Shown here: positions 1-8,605 of the stretch, piece by piece
Position numbering within the stretch: position 1 is the stretch's first letter
Layout of the letters: every line of letters starts with the position of its first letter
NCBI GenBank assembly: GCA_965601745.1
Contig: OZ271836.1
Coordinates: 2,147,222-2,211,221, forward strand
Direction of reading: 5' to 3'
Length of the DNA: 64,000 bases
DNA from: Alkalispirochaeta sp.
Lineage (GTDB): Bacteria; Spirochaetota; Spirochaetia; DSM-27196; Alkalispirochaetaceae
The notes under the pieces: generated by a model
What the model was told of the DNA's origin: nothing
Databases searched by the model: none
Seen by the model: only the letters and a program-made list of their open reading frames with translations
Program-made: the position numbers and the translations under genes

Positions 1-223
1 CTTTTTGCTTCAGGACGGCGAGGTGCTGAGAGATGACCGGTTGTGGTTGGTCCAGGCAACTCCAGAGATCCGAAACACACGGCTCTTCCCGTCGGGCGAT
101 CCGACACAGGAGGCGAAGTCGCATCGGGTGTCCACAGACCTTGAGTTTAGCTGCACAGTCGTCGACGTACTCTTCCGAGCAGCAGTTTTCTTTTTCCTGA
201 GGATCCAGCGGTGAAATCTGCAT
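1..223 (-). CDS. ArsR/SmtB-family transcriptional regulator (partial, C-terminus runs off the left edge)
   Basis: Absent from the ORF track because it is open at the window edge. My translation from ATG (complement of 221-223): MQISPLDPQEKENCCSEEYVDDCAAKLKVCGHPMRLRLLCRIARREEPCVSDLWSCLDQPQPVISQHLAVLKQK. Shows the HTH core typical of ArsR/SmtB (HPxRLxLL ... SQHLxxLK) and a Cys-rich N-terminus. Confidence 0.7.
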   Translation of the reverse strand, partial: MQISPLDPQEKENCCSEEYVDDCAAKLKVCGHPMRLRLLCRIARREEPCVSDLWSCLDQPQPVISQHLAVLKQK

Positions 224-260
224 ACCGTAAAGGTACTCTGCGGATTCGATTGTTTCAATA

Positions 261-270
261 TATAGCTATA
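261..270. promoter_or_regulatory. 10-bp perfect palindrome TATAGCTATA, nested in TGTTT..AAACA, upstream of the ArsR-like gene
   Basis: Read directly from the sequence. It lies about 40 bp upstream of the ArsR-like ATG in an AT-rich spacer. ArsR/SmtB repressors usually bind inverted repeats over their own promoter. Confidence 0.25.
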
Positions 271-282
271 AACAGATACGGC

Positions 283-657
283 TCAGGCTGACGCGCCTGT
301 CGTCGTCTTCTCGGCGCCGCTACGGCTGTTTTTGTTTTCCGACGCGCTCCCGTTCTTCTTGCCCGGAGCCGCCGCATCTGACGAGCTCGTCGCGCTATCG
401 CTGTTCGACTTCCCGCTGTTATCACTCGAAGCTGCGGTCGCGCTACTGGATTTTGAGGTGGATGCCCCGTTCTTTTTCTTGCTGTCGGTCACGTAGAACC
501 CGCTACCCTTGAAAATGACGCCCGTTCCGCCAAAAATGAGGCGGCGCAATTTCGGTTCCGAACAACTCGGGCAAACGGACAAAGGATCGTCCTTCATCGA
601 CTGTACTGTCTCAAATCCATAGCCGCAGGCATCACAGCTGTATTCATAGGTCGGCAT
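283..657 (-). CDS. FmdB-family CxxC zinc-ribbon protein with Ser/Ala-rich disordered tail
   Basis: Internal ATG (complement 655-657) preceded by GGGAGGA. Product starts MPTYEYSCDACGYGFETVQSMKDDPLSVCPSCS, the canonical FmdB/zinc-ribbon N-terminus. The upstream part of ORF 283..933 overlaps hisF and is discarded. Confidence 0.8.
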   Translation of the reverse strand: MPTYEYSCDACGYGFETVQSMKDDPLSVCPSCSEPKLRRLIFGGTGVIFKGSGFYVTDSKKKNGASTSKSSSATAASSDNSGKSNSDSATSSSDAAAPGKKNGSASENKNSRSGAEKTTTGASA

Positions 658-716
658 GTTCGAATCCTCCCGGAAAATCTCCCTAAATATAGTTACTGCT
701 AGTCCAACCGACAAGC

Positions 717-1490
717 TCAGCGGTGGCTCATCCGCATCGCGATACCGGCGGCCGAGAGATCTTGTTTGATCTCGGAGATCGAGTACTCGCCGTAGTGGAC
801 CATACTCGCCACCAAGGCGGCATCGGCATGTCCCTTCTGAAAGACCTCGGAGAGATGCGCCGGAGTTCCCGCTCCGCCGGACGCCACGACCGGCACACTT
901 ACGGAATCGGCGACGATTTGAGTGAGATTGCACTCGTATCCCGCTTTTGTGCCGTCAGCGTCGATACTGTTGAGCACAATCTCCCCGGCTCCGAGACGTA
1001 CGGCGCGCTGCGCCCATTCAAGCGCGTCAAAATCGGTCGGAATCCGGCCGCCGTCGATGACGACACGATACCCGCTGGGCATCTCGGGATCGGCAGCGGC
1101 GTCCATTCCCAGAACAACGCATTGTGAGCCAAATCGGGCCGCGCCCTCAGTGATGATCTCCGGAGTACGGACCGCGGCGCTGTTGACGCTCACTTTGTCG
1201 GCGCCGGCGAGAAGGACCGTCCGCATATCGTCAACGGTGCGAATCCCGCCCCCGACGGAAAACGGAACGAATATCTGGGCCGCAACTCGTTCAACAACGC
1301 CCAGAATGATCCCGCGTTTCTCGGAGCTCGCGGTGATATCGTAAAAAACCAGTTCGTCGACGCCCTCGTCGTAGTATTTCCGAGCCATCGCGACCGGATC
1401 CCCGATATCCACATTTTCCTTGAACTTCACGCCTTTGGTTACGAGTCCGTCCCGGACATCGAGACAGACGATCACTCGTTTCTGAAACAA
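717..1490 (-). CDS. hisF: Imidazole glycerol phosphate synthase cyclase subunit
   Basis: 257 aa with full-length HisF-like sequence (RVIVCLDV..., [17 protein letters not shown]). TTG start. Confidence 0.95.
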   Translation of the reverse strand: MFQKRVIVCLDVRDGLVTKGVKFKENVDIGDPVAMARKYYDEGVDELVFYDITASSEKRGIILGVVERVAAQIFVPFSVGGGIRTVDDMRTVLLAGADKVSVNSAAVRTPEIITEGAARFGSQCVVLGMDAAADPEMPSGYRVVIDGGRIPTDFDALEWAQRAVRLGAGEIVLNSIDADGTKAGYECNLTQIVADSVSVPVVASGGAGTPAHLSEVFQKGHADAALVASMVHYGEYSISEIKQDLSAAGIAMRMSHR

Positions 1491-1501
1491 CTGTCGACTC
1501 C

Positions 1502-2116
1502 TCAGGGATTCCAGCTAAGAAAGTTCTCGACCATGTGAATACCGATCTCACCGCTCTTCTCCGGGTGAAACTGCGTCGCCACAACGTTGTCTCGTCCGAT
1601 AACGGCCGCAAACGTCTCGCCGTACTCACATTGGGCGACGATGTCCGCCCGATCGTCGGGGTCCGGATAATAAGAATGAACAAAGTAAAAGGAACTTTCG
1701 TCGGGGATTCCGTTCATAATTGGGTGACGTCCGGCCGCGCGAATTGTATTCCAGCCCATGTGGGGAACTTTGCGACGGTCTTTTCCGGAAAATCGTCGCG
1801 CCACCCCGGGGATATACCCCAGACAGGCCGTATCCGATTCCTCAGAACGGTCGAGCACTATTTGGGCGCCGATGCAGATACCAAGGATCGGGACTCCGCG
1901 ACGACGGGCGTCCTCCAGTACCGGAGGAAAACCTCGTTTAGTAAGAACGCCCATCGAGGCCCGCGCCTCGCCGTCACCGGGAATGATAATGCGGTCGGCG
2001 CGTCCAACCGAACTCGAGTCCACGCTCACCTCAAAGCCAACGCCAAGTCGTTTAAGCGCCGACTCAACACTGCGGATATTGCCGGCGTCATAATCGATCA
2101 CCGCGACGTTCACCAC
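1502..2116 (-). CDS. hisH: Imidazole glycerol phosphate synthase glutaminase subunit
   Basis: 204 aa class-I glutamine amidotransferase (GICIGAQ nucleophile elbow, FHPEKS). Immediately upstream of hisF. Confidence 0.95.
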   Translation of the reverse strand: MVNVAVIDYDAGNIRSVESALKRLGVGFEVSVDSSSVGRADRIIIPGDGEARASMGVLTKRGFPPVLEDARRRGVPILGICIGAQIVLDRSEESDTACLGYIPGVARRFSGKDRRKVPHMGWNTIRAAGRHPIMNGIPDESSFYFVHSYYPDPDDRADIVAQCEYGETFAAVIGRDNVVATQFHPEKSGEIGIHMVENFLSWNP

Positions 2117-2958
2117 GTTCCTCCCTCGATCAACTGCGCTATCTCGCCGAGGCGTTGCGCCGGTACGACGATCCCAAGAATAACGATGTTCTCCTCGCGT
2201 CGCTCAATCGCAAAAAACTCGTCGGTCGATAGCTCGAGTCGATCAATCGTGCGTTGTGCCCCGAGCCTTGTCGCCACGAGGGCCACGCGAGCCGTCCGCT
2301 CGTCACGCATTTTTGTCCGCAACGCTACCCCAAAATCGGTGGAACCGTTGTCCCAGACAACTACAACCGCCTCCTGAGGCACAAACGGCGCCTGCGCCTC
2401 TTCAATCTCAGCGGGAAGCCGAGAGCGATCGCCGGTCATAAGGCCGAGATCAATGCCGGGATTTCCGGCATCCCACAAGGAAAAAAGCTCTTCTCCGGTC
2501 AGATCCGCGCCGTTGCTTGCCGCCGGCGACGAATCTATTCGTACGATCCGCCTCGATTCCGACGAAATCGCGATACCCCTGTTCCGATCGTACCAGCGAA
2601 ACGGCGTGGTCATCTCGAATCCGGCGATACGTAAACCCGCGGAAACAAGGACAACGCCGAACCGCCCCTCGAGCCAAATCGATCGGTCCGCAGGCGTACT
2701 ACCGGCGACAATTACGCGATCGACTCGTTTGGCCACCGACGCAGGTACCATCGAAAGAAGCAGCTCGCGCGGGAGTCCGGAAAACTCAACGACGACGATT
2801 TCTGAGACCCCAGCTTTATCCCGCATGCTGCCGAGAGCGGTACTTGTCGTTCTCAGCCGCTCATCGGGATCGATCGGGAGCGGGGACTCCGGTACGGATA
2901 CGCAGGAAACGAGAAACACCGTTACAAACGGTAGGAATCGAAAAAACCGTCCGTTCAC
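2110..2958 (-). CDS. Hypothetical lipoprotein
   Basis: 282 aa. N-terminus FLPFVTVFLVSCVS is a lipobox-like signal. GTG start overlaps the ileS stop (GTGA). No family recognised. Confidence 0.6.
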   Translation of the reverse strand: MNGRFFRFLPFVTVFLVSCVSVPESPLPIDPDERLRTTSTALGSMRDKAGVSEIVVVEFSGLPRELLLSMVPASVAKRVDRVIVAGSTPADRSIWLEGRFGVVLVSAGLRIAGFEMTTPFRWYDRNRGIAISSESRRIVRIDSSPAASNGADLTGEELFSLWDAGNPGIDLGLMTGDRSRLPAEIEEAQAPFVPQEAVVVVWDNGSTDFGVALRTKMRDERTARVALVATRLGAQRTIDRLELSTDEFFAIERREENIVILGIVVPAQRLGEIAQLIEGGTW

Positions 2959-5900
2959 GCTTTCCGAATCGCGACGGTCCCGGAGAGCTCGCCGATCTCG
3001 ACCGCGACGGACTCATCGGATACCTGCCATTCAAGTCTCTCGGTCAACGTCTCGCCGGAGAGGTATTCGTCAAAGGAGCGAACGGCGTCCGTGAGTTCGG
3101 CATCGCCTTCGACCTGAAGGACGATACGATCGGTAACCTCGAGACCGCGCTCTTTGCGAAGGTTCTGCACCTGACGAATAAGATCGCGCACCACTCCCTC
3201 GCGACGCAATTCGGTTGTTATCTCAGGATCCAGCGCGACGGTTATCGATCCCTCGTTGAGCACGCGCAGGTTCGCCTTCTCGTGACGTTGAACGATAACA
3301 CTTTTATTGGTGATATCGATCGTCTCGCCGTCGACTTCGATGTTGAGAACGCCGCCCTCGAGCAAGCGATGGATGCCTTCCTGATCGAGGTTCTCGATCT
3401 GCTGTGCGGCGGAGCGCATGTTCTTTCCAAGTCGTGGCCCGAGCTCGCGAAAGTTCGCTTTTGCGGAGTACTCAACGAGGTCCTCCTCGTTCTCACGTAA
3501 GACGACTTCTTTGACGTTGAGTTCCTCGCGTATGATGTCCTCCATCTCGAGGAGGACACGCCGCGCCCCTTCTTCCCTCGTCACCACATGTAACGCCTGT
3601 AACGGCTGCCGTATCTTGAGGTTGTGCATCGTGCGGATAGCCCGCCCGAGGCTGACGGTCCGACGGATCGTCTCCATTTTGCCTTCGAGCCCCTCGTCCC
3701 GGCGGCTGGTGTCCGCTTCTGGATAGTTACACAGGTGTACGGAGATCGGGTCGCGATTGGTCCGCAAGTTCTGGTACATCTCCTCGGCGATAAACGGGAT
3801 AAACGGCGCCGCAACGAGTGTGAGCTTCTTGAGAACGCTGTAAAGCGTCTGATACGCCTCGTTTTTATCGGCGTCATTCTCGCTTTTCCAGAACCGACGA
3901 CGACTGCGGCGGATATACCAGTTGTTGAGCGAATCGATAAACTCCACGATCGGATCGATCGCTTTTTGTAGTTCATAGGCGTCGAGCTGAGCCCGAACTT
4001 CCGCGACGAGGCGTTCCGCTTCCGACAAGACCCATCTATCAAGTGGATTTTCGGGGCTCACCGGCGCGGCCGTCGGCGTTACCTTATCGATGTTGGCGTA
4101 GGTGATAAAAAAACTGTAGGCATTCCAATACGGAATGATCACCGTTTTGAGTACCTCGCGAACGCCGTCGTCGGTGTACTTGAGGTCCTCTGCCTTTACC
4201 ACCGCAGAGTGCATGAGAAACAGCCGGAGCGCGTCCGCGCCGAACTCGTTGATAACCTCGACCGGATCGGTGTAATTGCGCTCGCTCTTGGACATCTTTT
4301 TTCCGTCGGGAGCGAGTACAAGTCCGTTCACAACGACGTTCTCAAACGCCGGCGAATCGAAAAGCGCCGCAGCGAGTACGGTGAGCGTGTAGAACCAACC
4401 GCGCGTCTGGTCGAGCCCCTCGCAGATAAAATCCGCGGGGAAGTTTGCTTCAAAGAAGTCCTTGTTCTCAAAGGGATAGTGGTTTTGAGCAAACGGCATC
4501 GCCCCTGACTCAAACCAGCAATCGAGCACCTCGGGAACGCGGCGCATCGTACCCTTACCGTCGGGAGCCGGCCAGGTGATATCGTCTACGTAGTGCTTGT
4601 GCAGGTCCTCGACCTGCACGCCGCTTTTCTCAAACAGTTCCTCGCGAGAGCAGACGACTTCGACGTGGTCACCCGAATCGCTTTTCCACACCGGTATCGG
4701 GTTACCCCAGAAGCGGTTGCGACTGATCGCCCAATCGCGCGCGCCCTCAAGCCATTTTCCCATGCGACCTTTCTGAAGGTGATCCGGAACCCAACGAACA
4801 CGATCGTTGGCCCCGAGCATCCGGCTCTTGATCTTCTCGATGTCGACAAACCACGAAGTTACCGCACGGTAGATCAACGGTGTTTTGGTGCGGTAACAAA
4901 ACGGATAGGGGTGGCGATAGGTTTCGCGACGGACGAGCAGGTCGTGGTCTTTGAGCCACGCGATGATCTTTTTGTCGGCCTCTTTGACCTGGAGTCCCTC
5001 AAAATCGGGAATCTCCGCGGTAAACCGGGCCCCTCCGTCGATCGGAACCACAACCGGAAGCTCGCTTCCTTTGAGCAGGTTGTAGTCGTCCTCTCCGAAA
5101 CCCGGAGCGATGTGGACGATCCCGGTTCCCTCTTCGGTGGTGACAAAATCGCCCGCGTGGACCGTAAATGCACCTTGTTTCTCGAGATAGCTAAAGTACG
5201 GGAATAGTGGCGTGTATCGGCGTCCGACGAGATCCTTGCCGGGAAAGCGATCGACGATCTCATAGTCATCGTCCTCGCGGTAGTAGTGCTCCAGACGGCT
5301 GGCCGCGAGGATGTACTCGGAAGCTCCGTCGCGCACGCGCACGTACTCGATATCCGCCCCGACTGCAAGCGCGAGATTACTTGGCAACGTCCATGGCGTG
5401 GTCGTCCACGCGAGGATGTACGTACCCGGTTGATCGACGAGTTCGAACCGCACCGTGATTGCCGGATCGTCGACGTCGTGGTATCCGCCGAGGTTGACCT
5501 CGAAGTTGGATAGCGGCGTCCCGAGAGCCCAGCTATACGGGAGAATGTAGTACCCCTCGTAGATGAGTCCTTTTTCCCACAGACGTTTAAAGACCCACCA
5601 AATGGTCTCCATGTAGTCGGGGTCCATCGTCTTGTAGTCTTTGTCAAAATCGACCCAACGACCCATCCGCGTTACGATTCGTCGCCACTCGTTTGTAAAT
5701 CGCAGGACGATGCTCCGGCAGGCCTCGTTGAACTTGCCGACGCCGTATTCCTCGATCTCGGAACCTCCGGAGATTCCGAGTTCTTTCTCCATCTCGTACT
5801 CAACCGGGAGGCCGTGGCAATCCCAACCAAAGCGCCGTTCGACGCGCTTGCCGAGCATCGTCTGATATCGAGGGATGATGTCTTTGATCGTTCCGGGAAC

Positions 5901-6113
5901 AAAATGACCGAAGTGCGGAAGTCCCGTCGCAAATGGCGGGCCATCGTAAAATATAAACTGTTCCGCCCCGGCGCGCTGTTCCACCGACTTCTCGAAGATG
6001 TGCTCCGCCTCCCAAAAGGAGAGGATATCCTCCTCCATCTTCGGAAAGCTCACCTTCGGATCTACCGGCTTATACAAAACATCCTCCTCCACACTGCGTC
6101 CATCAGTTTTCAT
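2955..6113 (-). CDS. ileS: Isoleucine--tRNA ligase, type 2 (eukaryote-like)
   Basis: 1052 aa with HIGH-type motif (PHFGH) and KMSKS. Length and C-terminal architecture fit type-2 IleRS. Confidence 0.97.
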   Translation of the reverse strand: MKTDGRSVEEDVLYKPVDPKVSFPKMEEDILSFWEAEHIFEKSVEQRAGAEQFIFYDGPPFATGLPHFGHFVPGTIKDIIPRYQTMLGKRVERRFGWDCHGLPVEYEMEKELGISGGSEIEEYGVGKFNEACRSIVLRFTNEWRRIVTRMGRWVDFDKDYKTMDPDYMETIWWVFKRLWEKGLIYEGYYILPYSWALGTPLSNFEVNLGGYHDVDDPAITVRFELVDQPGTYILAWTTTPWTLPSNLALAVGADIEYVRVRDGASEYILAASRLEHYYREDDDYEIVDRFPGKDLVGRRYTPLFPYFSYLEKQGAFTVHAGDFVTTEEGTGIVHIAPGFGEDDYNLLKGSELPVVVPIDGGARFTAEIPDFEGLQVKEADKKIIAWLKDHDLLVRRETYRHPYPFCYRTKTPLIYRAVTSWFVDIEKIKSRMLGANDRVRWVPDHLQKGRMGKWLEGARDWAISRNRFWGNPIPVWKSDSGDHVEVVCSREELFEKSGVQVEDLHKHYVDDITWPAPDGKGTMRRVPEVLDCWFESGAMPFAQNHYPFENKDFFEANFPADFICEGLDQTRGWFYTLTVLAAALFDSPAFENVVVNGLVLAPDGKKMSKSERNYTDPVEVINEFGADALRLFLMHSAVVKAEDLKYTDDGVREVLKTVIIPYWNAYSFFITYANIDKVTPTAAPVSPENPLDRWVLSEAERLVAEVRAQLDAYELQKAIDPIVEFIDSLNNWYIRRSRRRFWKSENDADKNEAYQTLYSVLKKLTLVAAPFIPFIAEEMYQNLRTNRDPISVHLCNYPEADTSRRDEGLEGKMETIRRTVSLGRAIRTMHNLKIRQPLQALHVVTREEGARRVLLEMEDIIREELNVKEVVLRENEEDLVEYSAKANFRELGPRLGKNMRSAAQQIENLDQEGIHRLLEGGVLNIEVDGETIDITNKSVIVQRHEKANLRVLNEGSITVALDPEITTELRREGVVRDLIRQVQNLRKERGLEVTDRIVLQVEGDAELTDAVRSFDEYLSGETLTERLEWQVSDESVAVEIGELSGTVAIRKA

Positions 6114-7137
6114 CCGCCTGCTCGCGTACCGCGTATCTGATCACTTCGGTATCGAATCGATACACCACAATTTGAGAACCAAACGCCAACTCGTACGGAA
6201 ACGCGAGTCGACCTCCCGGGTGGGTAATCTGAAAGAGGGTCGCCGGTTCTCCCTCCGGTCCAAGGGCTACAACGGAGAGATCGACCGCGACCGCATACTC
6301 CGGAAGCGTCCGATCAAAAATCCCAAACGTCGCGCCCTCCGACACCTGCTCGACATCCCGGATGGCGAGTTCGACCGGAGTTCCCGGGGTCACCTGACTC
6401 GCCGGCTCCGGTGACTGGGACACGACAACGCCTGCCGGTCCTACCGTCGGTTGATCCTCGAGACTAAATACAAAGGGAACGTCGTCTCTGCTGAGGATCT
6501 GAAGTGCGTCACGCCAGTCGAGATCGACAAAAGAGGGCAAGCTAAACCGCTCGACGTCGGGGCCACGGCTGACCACCAGGTTGAGCCGCGTTACGCCGGC
6601 GACCTCGGTTCCCGGGCCCGGATCCTGGGCGATAACGGTTCCCACCACCGCGTCATCGTAGACGTAACTGACCGTCTCTATCTCCAGGGTACGCTCACCC
6701 TGCGGTCCGATCGCCTGGAGTTCGGCCTGAACCTCCGCAAGGATGCGACCTCGGTAGTCCTCAACCTCTTCTATTATTGAACCGAGGCTGATTACCATCG
6801 TCACGCGCCGCCCGACTCTCACCAGGGCGCCGGCTTCCGGGTCCTGGGAGACAACGCGGTCTTTTAACGCCGGATCGGTAAAGTAGCGGAGCTGAACCTC
6901 CGGGTACAGACCTCGTTCCTGCAGGGCGACTAACGCGTCGACAACCGGTTCTCCGGCGACATCTGGGACGAGCGTCTCTTCGAAGCCTCGCAGGGTAATG
7001 AGGAACGCCGCCAACGCGGACAAAAGGAGTATCGCAAACATCGCGACGATCGACCAAAACGCAAAACGGAAGAATCGCCGTTCTGGCCCCGATTCATCCT
7101 GGGGCGAACGTCCGCGGAGAAATATAGGTCTTCTCAT
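6103..7137 (-). CDS. Membrane-anchored PASTA-repeat protein with no kinase or PBP domain
   Basis: 344 aa with one N-terminal TM helix followed by three PASTA-like repeats (VPDVAG..., repeated G..V....S.G pattern). Confidence 0.8.
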   Translation of the reverse strand: MRRPIFLRGRSPQDESGPERRFFRFAFWSIVAMFAILLLSALAAFLITLRGFEETLVPDVAGEPVVDALVALQERGLYPEVQLRYFTDPALKDRVVSQDPEAGALVRVGRRVTMVISLGSIIEEVEDYRGRILAEVQAELQAIGPQGERTLEIETVSYVYDDAVVGTVIAQDPGPGTEVAGVTRLNLVVSRGPDVERFSLPSFVDLDWRDALQILSRDDVPFVFSLEDQPTVGPAGVVVSQSPEPASQVTPGTPVELAIRDVEQVSEGATFGIFDRTLPEYAVAVDLSVVALGPEGEPATLFQITHPGGRLAFPYELAFGSQIVVYRFDTEVIRYAVREQADEN

Positions 7138-7146
7138 GTCATGTGC

Positions 7147-8097
7147 CTACTCAAGAACGCTGCCGATTATCGACGGATTTCCGTTGTAGAAGGACCGGTG
7201 GTCCATCTCAGAGCGCGCTTGCGGTTTGATACGAGCAGCCGCGAGGACGCCATCCCCGGTTTGTATCAGAATTCCCAAAGCGTTGTCTATAGCGAGGACG
7301 GTCCCGGCGACCGCGTCGGAACGCCCCTCGGCGGCGCTCGCCTTGACGATCTGCAAGGTCGTTTCGCCCCATCGGCAGCGCGCGGCGGGCCAGGGTGTGT
7401 AGGCGCGGATCGCGCGAGCAATCTCCTCCGCCGATCGATTCCAGTCTATCCACCCGTCTTCCTTGGAGATCTTTGTGCTGTAGGTCGCCGCGGCGTGGTT
7501 CTGCGGGCGAGCCTCGACCGTGCCGCGCACGATCGTTTCAACCGTACGTCCAAGGAGAGATGCTCCCGACGTGGCGAGAACCTCGTGCATCCGGCCGGCA
7601 TTGGCGTCGGCCGGAATGGGCATTTTCTCCTGGGCGATGATATCGCCGCTGTCCATCTCGCGCGCCAGATATTGGATCGTTATCCCGGTCTCCGCATCGC
7701 CGGCGAGGAGCGCCGCCTGAATCGGGCTCGGTCCGCGGTGAAGCGGCAGAAGCGATGGATGCATGTTTATACCGCCGTGCGGGAACAACGCCAAGAACTT
7801 GGGGCCAAAAATCCGGCCGTAGGCGACCACGACGAGTAAGTCAGGCGCGTAGGCGGCTACCTGGCGGCGAGCCTCCGCGTCGAGACGGGGCGGTTGAATC
7901 ACCGGAATCCCGAGCGCGATGGAACGTTGTTTGACCGGCGACGCGGTTGAGCGGCGACCTCGACCGGCGGGCGCGTCGGGATTGGTCAGGACCGCGGCCA
8001 CGGATATGCCGGCCGCCGGGGATGTGGCCAGTTCCGCGAGCGTTTCGAGTGAGGGAACCGCAATCTTGGGGGTTCCCGCAAAGAGAATTGAGAGCAC
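7147..8097 (-). CDS. fmt: Methionyl-tRNA formyltransferase
   Basis: 316 aa, ILFAGTP...HPSLLPLHRGPSPIQ motif. GTG start. Directly downstream of def. Confidence 0.95.
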   Translation of the reverse strand: MLSILFAGTPKIAVPSLETLAELATSPAAGISVAAVLTNPDAPAGRGRRSTASPVKQRSIALGIPVIQPPRLDAEARRQVAAYAPDLLVVVAYGRIFGPKFLALFPHGGINMHPSLLPLHRGPSPIQAALLAGDAETGITIQYLAREMDSGDIIAQEKMPIPADANAGRMHEVLATSGASLLGRTVETIVRGTVEARPQNHAAATYSTKISKEDGWIDWNRSAEEIARAIRAYTPWPAARCRWGETTLQIVKASAAEGRSDAVAGTVLAIDNALGILIQTGDGVLAAARIKPQARSEMDHRSFYNGNPSIIGSVLE

Positions 8098-8100
8098 CGC

Positions 8101-8592
8101 TTAGTCGGCCTCGTTTGGCGAGTGGTAGTTCTTTAACAGACGTTCTCGCTTGCGACGACTCAGATGGTCGAAGAACAGCACGCCGTCGAGGTGATCGTTC
8201 TCGTGTTGGATAACGCGGGCAAGCAGACCATGGGCGTCGAGTCGAAACGGACTCCCCGTCTCGTCGATCGCCTCGACGGTAATTACGGATGGGCGGCGTA
8301 CTTCGGCGTACACGCCGGGGATGCTCAAGCACCCCTCCTCGTACATCGACTCGTCGGGTGAGATCGCGACGATCTGTGGATTGATAAACGCTCGCGCCTG
8401 GTCACCGGGAACCTGCACGACAAAAAACCGCCCCATCCGACCGATCTGCGGTCCGGCCAGTCCGATCCCGTGCTCCTCGCGCATAGTAGCGATCATCTCC
8501 TCTATCAGCTCCGTGAGTTCGGCGGTAACGCTATCGACGGGCGTGACTGGCGTGGTCAGGCGGTCGTCGGGATGATATACAAGCGGAAGCAT
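8101..8592 (-). CDS. def: Peptide deformylase
   Basis: 163 aa with GIGLAGPQIG, EGCLS and HENDH metal-binding motifs. Confidence 0.95.
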   Translation of the reverse strand: MLPLVYHPDDRLTTPVTPVDSVTAELTELIEEMIATMREEHGIGLAGPQIGRMGRFFVVQVPGDQARAFINPQIVAISPDESMYEEGCLSIPGVYAEVRRPSVITVEAIDETGSPFRLDAHGLLARVIQHENDHLDGVLFFDHLSRRKRERLLKNYHSPNEAD

Positions 8593-8605
8593 TTGCCAAG
8601 TCTAC

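Noticed and set aside
657-675. TTCGAATCC, which resembles a tRNA T-arm.
   Set aside because: No acceptor or anticodon arms can be built around it. It is the SD/5' UTR of the FmdB-like gene read on the opposite strand (GGGAGGATTCGAAC-ATG).
1535-2377. Long ORFs antisense to, or out of frame with, confidently identified genes. Examples: 1535..2377+, 2517..3500+, 4593..5207+, 8738..9589+, 21913..22926+, 39247..40308+, 41008..41628-, 48666..49220-.
   Set aside because: These are typical shadow ORFs of GC-rich DNA. Their products are Arg/Pro/Ser-rich with no recognisable family, and each is fully explained by a strong gene on the other strand or frame.
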